IMG/VR virus record: IMGVR_UViG_3300020156_000001
Location: 32,001 to 96,000 of that record
Strand: one strand, 5' to 3'
From: a virus
Lineage: Duplodnaviria > Heunggongvirae > Uroviricota > Caudoviricetes
Length of the DNA: 64,000 nt
Under the pieces are notes generated by a model. That model ran no database searches, was not told where the DNA came from, and saw only the letters and a list, made by a program, of their open reading frames with translations. This document shows, piece after piece, positions 1 to 11,700 of this stretch. The translations under genes were made by a program, and so were the position numbers. Position 1 is the stretch's first letter; each line of letters begins with the position of its first letter.

Positions 1-17
1 TTGATGCAGAAAGCAAC

Positions 18-2633
18 ATGCTAACTGTGGAAGTTGTAATCGCTGGCGAGTACAATAAGACAACAGTTCAAACTGGTCGTATTGCACATCGTGTTGTTGA
101 AAATCGCGTTTACGGTCACATCTTGGACTTTGCTCCAGGTGTTGATGAAGACTATGGTCTGATCACAGAATCTGTTTACGAAGCTGATGATTATGGTTCC
201 ATCACCGACACTACGATTGTTGTAAGCGAAGACTACAATATTGCAACAGACGCTCCAAGCTATGGCCCAATTACTGAGGAAGTTGTTGAGTATATGAGCT
301 TTGGCCCGATTACAGCTACACCAGCAACGGTTAGCGTAACTGGTCGTTTGAAGACATTTACGCTGGACAACGCAGGCACAGGCTTTACTCGTCGTCCAAC
401 AGTTGCGCTAGTTGGCACAAGCAGTGTTCCTGCTCAACTAACAGCGGTATTGACGCCAACTGAAGTTGCAAGTGTTGAAGTTGTTAATGGCGGTTACAAT
501 GTTCCAAACGGCGTAAGCGTGGAAATCACTGGCGGTAATGGTACAGGCGCAACAGCGGTTCCAAATATCCAACTCGGTGTTATCAACGGCTTGTATGTGA
601 TCAATGCAGGTTCAGGCTATACTCGTACACCAAAGGTTGAATTCTCGATTGATGGTTTTGCAGGTAAAGTTGAACTACAGCCAACAACCGTTGCAAGTGT
701 TGTAACAACTGAAGTAGATGAAACCCTAAATGTTGAAGGTCGTCTCACACAGATCAAGCGTTTGTCCAATCCAATCAATGCTCGCCAAATCAACTCTCGC
801 TTTGGTACGGCTATTGCTGGTTCTGGATCAACAGTTGCTATCTCTGGCTTGCCAGCAGTTGCAGACAACATTCCAACAAGCGGCGGTAACGTGGAAATCT
901 TCGAAGTTCAAGAACGTGAAGATCGTGTTGTCAAGGTAGAAATGGATGGTTGGCTCAATGCAAGCTCAGCAATGGCTGGTCTTTCCGACTTTACGCTTAG
1001 CATGTGGTATCGTACATCCGACCGCACCAAGGTCAAAAACAACGGTACAATGTTCGCAGCAACAGATCCTACGCGTCCTGGTTTGTTCGAATCAATCCGT
1101 AGCACAACTGGCGGTTCGTTTACAGTACCAGCAAACGTAAACAAGATCCGCTTCCAGGGTTGGGGTGCAGGTTCTAAGAAGGCAGCTCGTCCAGACACAG
1201 GCGGCTTTGCTGGTGGTATCCTAGACGTAACTCCGGGCGAAAGCTTTGGTTGGTCTATGGACACAACAACTGGTCGTACTCGTCTAACTCGTGGTGGTGT
1301 TGAAGTCGCGAATATTGGCTCGGGTATTAACGATGCTCCAAACGGTTTTGCTGCGGATCCATTGGTTTCCAACGGCAACGCTGGCGGATGGAACCTGGCT
1401 TCCTACAATCCAAACTTTGGTGCCATCTATGTTCAAGGCCATTACCTCTCGGGTGTTGCCAACATGTATGATGCAGCAAACTTTGCAAGTGGTTACACTG
1501 GTACGGGCGTCTACAACATGACTGGTCACGTTTCCACAAAGTATGGTATTGATAACCGCATGATTCGTTTCTATTACGATTCTGGTACTTCAAGAAATGG
1601 TTCTTCCGACACTATTTCATCTGTGCCGCATATTAAGAGTGTTTACGTGAGCAAGGAATTCTCGCGTTTTGTGGATACCTTCAAAAACAATGGAACCGCT
1701 GATATCACGTTCAACGTTGTTTCCTATGTAGCTATTGGTGAAACCTATGGTTATACCACTGGCACATTCAACACCGCGCGTATGGAATTGGGAACTCAGG
1801 ATGGCACAACAAAGGTTGTAATATTGAACGGTGATGGTCAAGCTTTGCTTCCAGTGGATATTTCCAATATGTCGGTTCGCTCTCCAATGCGTGCGATGAC
1901 TTGGACAATCACATTGAAGCCAGGCGAAACAAAGTCCATTGCAACATTCTACGTTTGTGATCAACCAATCAACGGTGTGAGAACCGCTGCTAGTGCGGCT
2001 GCAACTGCTTTGCTTCCAAACCTAGAAGCTCTCTTCTATGGCTTGACCAATGCTGAAATTGCAACGATTGCAAACTTCAAGTTTGCTCGTGAAAATGAAT
2101 ATGCAACAACAGCGGATCCAATGTTCAGCAAGGTATACAATGGTGCAACTGGTTCTCCATCAAGCAGCCCAATGTATGATGGTGTTGCAGGTACTCTAAA
2201 CAACCCAGGCCTCGTAACAGTAAGCCCGGTAGTGGATACTCCAGCTAACCGTCAAAGCTTGCAGATCACCAACAATGGTAAGATCAACGTAAGCACGACA
2301 AGAGGCGAAGTTTCCTACTATACAAGCCCAATGGAAGATGGTTGGCACAACATCGTTTATACGGTTTCCGCTGAAAAGGCTTCCGTATACATCGACGGCA
2401 ACTATCAGTTTACAGTTGATGTTGACTCGTTGGGTGCTTCGGATATTGTTGCTTTGGGTGCCAAGTTTGACCAGGAATCAAATCTTGCGGAAAACGATAC
2501 ATTTGCAGGTTACCTAGCGGATGTGGCAGTTTGGAATACTTCGCTTACTGAGGAAGAAGTTCAAATGCTTCTCACAGCAAAGGCCGATACTATCCAGCCC
2601 GGCAATATCCGAGCTTACTGGTTGAAGAATTAA
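18..2633 (+). CDS. Virion structural/tail-associated protein with C-terminal LamG (ConA-like) domain; probably 5'-truncated by the window edge
   Basis: Frame is open upstream to the window start. Contains 'NAGTGFT/NGGYN/NAGSGYT' repeats typical of jumbo-phage tail/baseplate proteins and a LamG-like C-terminus (GWHNIVYT..SVYIDG..FAGYLADVAVWNTSLT). Confidence 0.75.
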   Translation: MLTVEVVIAGEYNKTTVQTGRIAHRVVENRVYGHILDFAPGVDEDYGLITESVYEADDYGSITDTTIVVSEDYNIATDAPSYGPITEEVVEYMSFGPITATPATVSVTGRLKTFTLDNAGTGFTRRPTVALVGTSSVPAQLTAVLTPTEVASVEVVNGGYNVPNGVSVEITGGNGTGATAVPNIQLGVINGLYVINAGSGYTRTPKVEFSIDGFAGKVELQPTTVASVVTTEVDETLNVEGRLTQIKRLSNPINARQINSRFGTAIAGSGSTVAISGLPAVADNIPTSGGNVEIFEVQEREDRVVKVEMDGWLNASSAMAGLSDFTLSMWYRTSDRTKVKNNGTMFAATDPTRPGLFESIRSTTGGSFTVPANVNKIRFQGWGAGSKKAARPDTGGFAGGILDVTPGESFGWSMDTTTGRTRLTRGGVEVANIGSGINDAPNGFAADPLVSNGNAGGWNLASYNPNFGAIYVQGHYLSGVANMYDAANFASGYTGTGVYNMTGHVSTKYGIDNRMIRFYYDSGTSRNGSSDTISSVPHIKSVYVSKEFSRFVDTFKNNGTADITFNVVSYVAIGETYGYTTGTFNTARMELGTQDGTTKVVILNGDGQALLPVDISNMSVRSPMRAMTWTITLKPGETKSIATFYVCDQPINGVRTAASAAATALLPNLEALFYGLTNAEIATIANFKFARENEYATTADPMFSKVYNGATGSPSSSPMYDGVAGTLNNPGLVTVSPVVDTPANRQSLQITNNGKINVSTTRGEVSYYTSPMEDGWHNIVYTVSAEKASVYIDGNYQFTVDVDSLGASDIVALGAKFDQESNLAENDTFAGYLADVAVWNTSLTEEEVQMLLTAKADTIQPGNIRAYWLKN

Positions 2634-2648
2634 ACACAATAGGAATAG

Positions 2649-2700
2649 GTCTCCAGGGCGCATAAATACTCGTGAATCAAAATCGAGTTGCCCTGGAGAC
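2649..2700 (+). promoter_or_regulatory. T4-like late promoter (CATAAATA, 2661-2668) inside an RBS-sequestering hairpin
   Basis: 11-bp perfect inverted repeat GTCTCCAGGGC/GCCCTGGAGAC; the 3' arm contains the GGAG RBS of the ATG at 2705. Confidence 0.7.
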
Positions 2701-2704
2701 AACA

Positions 2705-5700
2705 ATGACTTCTATCCCCGACAATTCAGTCAATGGTCATGATCTGATCATCAACGGAAACTCTAAAATGTCTGAAGGCATTCAAGAGAAGTCCGTTGTC
2801 CATAAAGCGTCCATTAAGCCAACAACGGTTGGATTTCTAACAAGTGCGGACAACTTTGGTTCGATCATGGACATTTTTGAGGATGTTCTTGTTGTTGGTT
2901 CTCCCACAGTAAATCAGCTTTCAGGTGCAGTTTGGGTGTTTGAGAAAACTTCCAAGCAGCGTATCCGCAAAAGCCAAAAGGTTTCTCGCGAGCGCCAAAC
3001 ATTTACCCACACCGGCTCAAAGCAAACATGGACCGCACCGGAAAATGTCAAAAACGTTACAATCCAGTTGGTTGGTGCCGGCGGTGGTGGTAACGCTTTG
3101 GGAACACACCTCGGTGGTAACGGCGCATACGTAAAGGCTGTGATTGCAGTTGATCCAGGCAAGACATATGACATTATTGTTGGTCAAGGTGGTGTAGCCG
3201 CTGGTACAACTCGCCCATTCGGTGGCGGTGGTCGTGTTCCTGAAAACAGCATCGGTGGATCCGGTGGTGGTCGCTCTGCTATTGCTGATCCTGTATTCGG
3301 CGACATGCTTACCGCAGGTGGTGGTGGTGGTGCGGGTAAAGATGGCCCAGGTGGTTTTGCCGGTGTTAAAGCAGGCGATGGCGTTGCGCTAAAAGCTGAT
3401 GGTTCCGCTATTGTTCCCGCAGTAAACGCAATCGGCGCTAATGAATACCTCACAGGTTTCAACGCTTCGGCTCTCACAACAAATTACTTGGTTGATGGTC
3501 TTTGGACTCTCACCAACAACATCATGGATCCAGCCACAGGTGTTGAAAAGCCAAACTACTTGAACACAAAGTACCAAGGTGAAGACGCTAAAGCGGCACT
3601 ATCCCTGCTTGGAAAGACCGTAAACGAAAGCGGCGCCGGCGGTGGTGGTTTCGCAGGTGGTGCTGCTGGTCCTGAGTCCTACGGCGAACGTTTTAGAACA
3701 ACAGTGGGCAATATTTTCCCAACCGGTGGTTCTGGTTCGGGTGGCTCGTCCATGGCGGATCCAACTCTCGCATTCCCATTCCGTAACACCGAAGATATGA
3801 TTCGCGATGTTGTGGTATTCGACGGTAATGCTCGTCAGCTTCCAGTTGAATTTGATGCCTTTGGTCATGGTGGCGATGATACCACACCTGGTCAGGATGG
3901 TACCATTGTTATTGAATGGGACGTATACGCTGAAGGTGATGATGAAACCACTGAAGACCTTCAAGACTGGAAGGAAACACACTTCTACACGTTCAATCCA
4001 GTTGATGCCGGTGGTATCAACTATAGCTGCCGCGTTGGTGCAGCGGTTGCCACAAATGGCGAATATATCGCTATTGGTTCACCGTATGACTTAGCAAATT
4101 CAGATGGTAACCTCTTTGCGCCACCACAAATCGGTGGTAACGGAACCCTTACAATCCTCAAGAAGGAAAATGGTGCTTGGGTTCGCACTCAACGTATTAT
4201 CGCAACTGGCACAAACGGCCGCACTGACAACCTGTTTGGTGCTTCGGTAAAGTTTATCGGCGGCAAACTATTTGTAGGCGCTCCAACAAGCGACACAGAT
4301 TCAACTGGCGCAAATGCGGTTACCGATGCTGGTGAAGTGTTTGTATTTGAACTAGTTAACGATGCTTGGGTACAAACCGGCCGCATTAGCGCGACTGGTA
4401 CTAACAGCCGTATCGCAAGCGATTCGTTTGGTTACAAGCTGGCTGGCTTTGGCGACACGCTTATGGTTGCCAGCAAGAACAGCTATGACGCACTTGGTGC
4501 AAACCTAGTTGCTGGCGCTGGTTCAGTATTCGTTTATAACGTTGATACTCTAGCACAAGTCCAACGTATTGCGGGTCCTCGCATTGCAAATGCAGGCTTT
4601 GGTTCTTCGATGAGCGTAAAAGCGGGCACGATGGTTATTGGTGCCGAAGGTACTGCTGAAACTTACGTTTACAAGCTTGAAAACACAACTTGGGTACAGG
4701 AAACAAAGAAGTCTCATGCGGCTTCGCACTTGATCTCTTACTGCCCAATGCTTGTGACAGGTAATACCGTAGCTCAATCGGTAAATGGTTTGAACTTCAC
4801 CTACGAGAGTCACACAATGAGTGAAGGTATCTCCGGTGGTACTCTTGGTGATATCTATCAGTTCTACTTTGGTAATACCCAGCGCGGCCGTAGCCGTAGC
4901 AACAACAACATGGGCTTTACTCAAAACTATGGCCGTCGTGGTGGTTTCCGCGCAAGTGTTCCAGCGATTCTATCTCGCACCGAATTTACACTTTCCAAGT
5001 GGCTTTACATTTTGCAGCCGCAAACATTCACCGGCTTTGAAAACGCTGGTACTCCAATGCCATTGTTCCGTCGTGGTTCGCTTTGGGGTGTATTCCTGGA
5101 ACGTAGCTCAGGTGAAGCAAATGGTGGTAACCTTTACTTGCAGGTAGCCAACAGCGGCAATCCAAAGCGTTTCCACTTTGGTAAGCTGCCAAAGGATCGC
5201 TGGATTCACATGGCGATTACTCTAAAGGGTACCAAGCTTCGTTTGTTCGTAAATGGTGAACTCCGCAACACCTATGATATTGCAAGTGTTTCGCTTGCAG
5301 ATGATCCTTCGATTCCAATCTCCTGGGGTTACAACCCAGCAATTGATGCTCTTGAAGCTCCGCTTTATGGTATGGGAGATTTTGCGCTTTACGATATTGC
5401 TCGTTATGATCAGTCCTACACGCCATCGGATACTTCATATTTTGAAACCCACTGGAATGAAATTCCAAAGGATCCATCCACATTTGGCCGTGGTAAGGCT
5501 GCATTTGTTGTTGACGAAAACACAATTCTAGAAGGTCTACCAACGTCCTATTCGGATGAAGCAGTTCATCACAACCCACGCACAAGACACCAAAACTCCA
5601 CAGTTCATCACGAAGACATTATGATGAACTCGGGTAAGGTTGAGATCACACAATTTGACGGTGAAGAATGGACAACTGAAAAGTCTCTTCCAATCATCAC

Positions 5701-8700
5701 TCCAGGTCACGCTTATATTCGTCCAAACTATGGCACACAGTTTGGTAAAAACGTCCATATCGACAAAGACCACTTGTATGTTTACGCGATGGATTCCATG
5801 GAACACGCCAGCAATTGGTCGCCATCGTTGGGTGCAGTATGGACATTTGATGTTCAAAACGATTTCAAGCTAATTGAAAAGGTTCTCTCACCTGCACGTA
5901 AAGACGCTGCGATGGGTGATCTCAAAGTTGAAAACGTTGACAAGATGTCAATTGTTGACCGTAGCGCAACAGTTCGTAACGAGCTTTACTTTGGCTTTGA
6001 AACGATGGCGCTTATCAACAATGGCGACAATCATGTTCCATATGCGTTCAAGAAGCTTTACTATGCGGATCGCCAACAGCGTCGTACGGATATCGAGGTT
6101 GATTCCTCTGGCTTGCCATTTAGCACGGCTTCCTATTACTATCAGACGATCACTTCGGCTGAGATGAAAACACAACAGATTTCATCACTAAATGCGCCGT
6201 TTGCAACGTTTAACTCAATAGCAAGCCCAATGCCAGCAGCTAAGGTATTCGAGCGTAACTTGGTCTCTGATAGTTCGGGTAAGACTTATGTGATGCAGCC
6301 AAACGAACGTTCAACGTTTGGTCCATACACGAAGTCGTTTCCAGGCAAGGTATCCGAACTACAGTATCAGATCAACGGTTCCTATAACTTTGTTGAAACT
6401 TTTGCTATGCCAGGTTCTGAAGGCGCCAACACAGGTTATGATACATTTGGCTTGACTGTTAAGGTTGTCAATGATACGGTTTGGATTGGTTCTTCCCAAT
6501 CCCTACACACCCAGTATAACTGGAACTCTGGTTACTATTTCGGTAAGATCTACTCCTACAAGTATTTCAAAGAACGTGCGGGTTGGGATATTGATCGTAC
6601 CCTGCAAAACATTCCATCTGCCACACCAGCAACGCATCCTATGTTTGGATCATCCTTTGATATCAAGGGCGATTTCCTCTTGGCGCGTAGCCGTGGTGCA
6701 GCCAACACAACAGCTTATCTCTACAAGATCAACGAAGACAGCTTTGAACTTGTACAGCAGGTAACAGTTGGTACAGACTCCGACGACAACAAATTTGCGG
6801 GTAGCGCAGTTGCATTCTTTGGCGACTCGATGGAATCCGTTATTGGTAGCCCATGGACTCACACCCCAAGCCGCAATTATGTGGGTCGTGTTGATCACTA
6901 TGGTTGGGATGAAACTGCTGGTCAGCTTGTTCCTGATTCCGTACTTTACCGCCCAACAATGCTTGTCGACGATCGCGAATACGTAACAAGCTTGGGTTCC
7001 GCAGCGGTTCTTTCCAATGGTCGTTTGTTCGTAGGTGCAGATTATTACTCCAAGGACGAAGCATTCAACTTGACTCGTGGTGGCAACGGTGCGGTTTATT
7101 ATTACGATAAAAACGCCGATGGTTACTGGGAACAGAAGGGCATCATGTCCAACTACGTGGGCAACACTGGTCTTCGTATGGGCGCTCGCATCCACGTTAT
7201 GGGTGACTCTGTTCTCATGCACGGAAATTACCCATCCAACAACCGTGTTGACCTAATGAAGCATGATGCGGTAACTGACACTTATGCGTTTGTTAAGTCG
7301 TTTACTTCATCGCCAAACAAGTATCCGGCAAGCGGTGCGTTTGTAAGCGAAAACCACATCGTAATAGGTCAAATCTACACCACAGCCCAAGTAAATCAGA
7401 CTGGTCCAATGACTGGTAGCTGGGTAGAGTATAAGGGTGCAGATGCAACTTGGACTGTTGGTTCCGATCATTATGTTCCAATGATCACAAATGGTGCTTA
7501 CGATTACGGCGTTATCGACTACACAAGCTTTGCAAACACGATTTATGGTCGTGCAACTGATGAGCGTTTTGGTACCGACGTTAAGCTTAGTGCGGACAAG
7601 TCCATGCTATTGGTTGGTGCACCATCAAACTATTACAACGCAAATCACGTATCAAAGAATCCAGTTGGTAACCTTGGTGCAGTTGTTGCGTTCTACTGGG
7701 ATGAAACAAACACAAAGTGGCGCTTGAACACCAAGATCCACGACACCAACAGTGAAACTCAAGGCACACAGTTTGGTCAGAAGATTACACGTTCGGGTAA
7801 CGACTTTATCGTTACATCCTACGGTACAACTCTTGAAGGTATTATCACAACCCTAAGCTATGATGTAAGCGGCGTAAACGCAAAGTGGACTCAAAAGTTC
7901 CAGTTGAAGAACAACGTAGGTTACACTTACTTTGGTTCTGGCGTTGCCTATGATAGTGTTCGTGACTTGTATGTGGTTGGTACGGAAATGGGTTCTGTGG
8001 ACTCCATGCAAAGTGGTTTGTTTGAAACAATCACTTCTACAAAAACACGCCAATCATACTCGATTGCAGGTTCCGTTAATAACCGTGTTGCTGGTATGGC
8101 ATTTGGTTACTCGGTTGCCACTTACGATGGTAAGATGGCAGTTGGTGCACCATATTACCCATACAGCAATAATGGTACAACCCCTGCTGGTCCCGGTGGC
8201 GGTCTTGTCTACACTTACGAACTTACACCTAACAATACGTTTAAGCCGGTTCAGAAAATCACATTTGAAAACCAAGCAACGAATCATTTTGGCTTGCAGT
8301 TGGGTATTTCCAATGAGCAGATGTTTGTAACTGGCACAAGCACAAAGCCTGTGGTATTGTCCAAGGATGGTTCTGGTAAGTTTGTAAACCCTGTAACAGT
8401 TAATGCCATTAACTCTTCGGGTCAGACTATTACACCTCGCACGGTTGCTTGGGATCCTGAAACAAAGGAATCAGCGTTTGTTGGTTTGTCCTCAAATGTT
8501 TGGAACATTCCTCTCAACTTTGGACCAAATGGTGTTGTTGTTCCACTAAACTGGGATGGCGACAAATACGTGCAGGATACCGCGTTCTCCAGTGCAAGCG
8601 TAACAGCAACAAACATTGTGGATCTTCCAAATCTAGCACTTTCGCTAAACACACAATTTGGTCAACATGGTATGGCATTCTCGCCGGACAAGACTAAGTT

Positions 8701-11700
8701 GGCAATTGCAGCGCCGGGTGATCATTACTCCGTTTATAAGCCTGAACCCCTATATGCGAACCAAGGCACAAACCTACTCAATGGTAAGGTTTATGTTTAC
8801 GAATGGGACGCAGATAAGAGCAAGTTTGTACTCCACAGCGTGATCCCAACACCAGCGTTTGGTGCAGCGACTTCCGAGACTATGCGTTTGAGCTGGGATG
8901 GTGATCGTTTAACAGTTGGTATTTCTAATATCCTATATGCGTATGAGCATGTTGAAGATCGTCTTTGGAAGGTTGTTGAAACAACTTCAATGGAAAGCGG
9001 CTTTGTAGGTTCGATCACAGCGTTGGAAGGTCAAGCCCTGCTTATGACCCGTCCAACATCCAAGGGTTACCCAAGTGTAGAAAATTCCGGTGCAATCCGT
9101 GTTCAACTTTACAACGATGGTATCCTAGGAAGCAGCCGTGGAATCCGTGCAGGTGCAAACGCAGAAGTGTTCAACAATGGTACTGATACTGTTGGTCGTG
9201 GTGGCGGTGGTGCAGGCGCTATCGGTGGTAAGGCTTCGGGCTACCTCAGCATCCGTGGTAAGGCAACTGGTGGTTCTAACTTGGTCCCAGCTGGTGCAAA
9301 CGAGTTTATCAGCAATGGTACAACCCGTGCAAACGCGATAAGCGAACATGCAACTGGTGCCGGTGGTAATGCTCCTGGTGCAAATGGTGAAAACGCACGC
9401 ATTGTTATCAAGGCTGGTGAAACAACTACAGTATTTGACTTCAATGGCTTTGATCAGAACTATGTGGTTCCAGCGGGTGTTTCGGAAATCGAATTCACAA
9501 TGTGGGGTGCAGGTGGTGGCTCGGCCAGCGATCGTGATCTAACAGAGTGGTATCAAGCTCGTAGTGGTCGCGGCGGTGCTGGTGCTTGCGTAAGCGGCAC
9601 GCTTGCTGTTACTGCTGGTGAAACACTCAAGCTGATCGTAGGCGGCGGTGGTTCCGGTGGTAAGCGTTTTGCTGAATCTCCAAGCCTCAAAAAGCAGCTC
9701 AAGTATGGCTTGGGTGGTATTGGTAGCCTAGCACAGAACGCTTCAGATAACTCCGGTGGCTGCGGTGGCGGTCTAGCTGCTATTGCACGCGGCGAAACCT
9801 ATCTCGCTATTGCTGGCGGTGGTGCGGGCGGTTCTATGGCTGTGGCAGCAAATGTCCGCTTGGATGGTCTGCCTGGTGGTCTTCTTGTGGATCAGGACGT
9901 TTCAATCTCCAACTCTACATCTAGCGATGCAGATCACATTTATGCTCCAGGCATTACAAACTCTCGTGCAGCTGGCGACTACTTTGGTTACAAAGTTGCT
10001 ATTGCTGGCGACGATAGCATTCTTGTTGGTGCTCCTGGTCATGACTATGATTATGTTGGCGATCGTCTTCCAGACAATGCTGGTGCCGTATACGCTTATG
10101 CTCGCACAAACGGCAAGTGGGAAATCACAACAAAGATCAACTCTGCAGTTCCAACAACTGGCGAGTTCTTTGGCTTGGACATCAACGTTGCTGCGGACAA
10201 GGTAGCAGTGTTGGGCGGTTCTCCAAAGGGCTATGGCGTAGGTTACCTACACGAGTACGTCGATGCTCTATCCAGCAACTCACTGGAAGTGTTCACACGT
10301 ACGGGTGATTCACTTACAAGCCTAGCCAAGACGCTTATCACAGACCCGGTTAAGACTGGTAAGAGTGTTGTACTTGATGGCAATGATTTGGTTTTGGGTA
10401 CTCCATCACTTAGAACAAATGGTCTGGCAACTCCATTGATTCAAGCCGGCGGCTTTGAAACATATGCGATCAATGCGCCAACAATGTCCAAGGTAGATAC
10501 CCAAGTTTCCGCTGGTGTTTCGCATGGTCGTTTTGGTGGTGACAAGTTTGGTTCTTCTGTGGAGCTTATCGGTAACCAAGTTGTTATCGGTGCCCCAGGA
10601 CACGACTACACAACAAACGGCGAAGACTATCGTTTGGATCAAGGCGCATTGTTCGTATTTGAGAAGAAGGGTCCGGTTTACAGCTTCCGTAGCAAGATCA
10701 ACTTGGAACTCGAATCCGAAGCAACAGGCTTTGGTAAGACTCTAAAGGTAATCGGCGACAAGCTCTATGCGGGCACTGATGATGTTGCTCATAACGTTGA
10801 ACTAACACAAACAAACGGCAACTGGGCAATTTCCAAGCATATTGAATCCACTGCGGGTAAGATTGCTGAGATTGTAAGCCAGAACAAGCTGATCGTGTTG
10901 GATCCAACAAGTGGTGCAGGTCTAAATGGTCAGCCAACTCTTGCGGCTTCTGGTATTGCTCACACGTTTGCAATCGAATCCGATGGCACAACAACAGATC
11001 AGAATCAGTCCTATACGATCCCAGGCAAGTCCCGTGGTCGTAACGCGGGTGATCAGTTCGGTTACTCCGTATACGCGGGCAATGACTTTGTTGTTGTTGG
11101 TGCTCCAAACCACAGCTTTGATGCAAATGGTCTCACACAGGACAAGGCAGGCGCGTTGTTCGTATTCAACAAGTCCGGCGACAAGTGGAATGCAGAAACA
11201 AAGATCGTTCCTGATCTAGCAGCTACAACAGGTTTCGGTCGCACAATTGCTGGCCGTAACGGTTGGATCATTACAAGCGGTCTAACATTGGATGATGGCT
11301 TTGCTCGTGTAATGCAGCGCGTGGCAACTGGTGTTTGGGAAACTCGTAAGGATTACACTGGTACGGGTATTGGTGGTGATGGTTTTGGTATGGCAGTGGC
11401 TGCCGCAGACACAAATAAGTTTGCAATTGGCTCTCCGCTATCCGATTCTGACTTCACAGATACTGGTTCAGTTCAAACATACGAGCGTGTTGGCGCGGAT
11501 TGGTTCAACCGCAATACTCTGCAAACACAAGGTCTAACAAAGGGTCGCAACGCAGGCGATTGGTTTGGTTACTCCGTAGCGTCGAACAAGAACTATGTGG
11601 TAATCGGTTCTCCAAAGTATGCGTATGATGCAGTTGGTGCAAATGAACTAGCTGAATCTGGTGCACTCTGGATCTACTTGAAGAACAGCAAGTTCCCAAT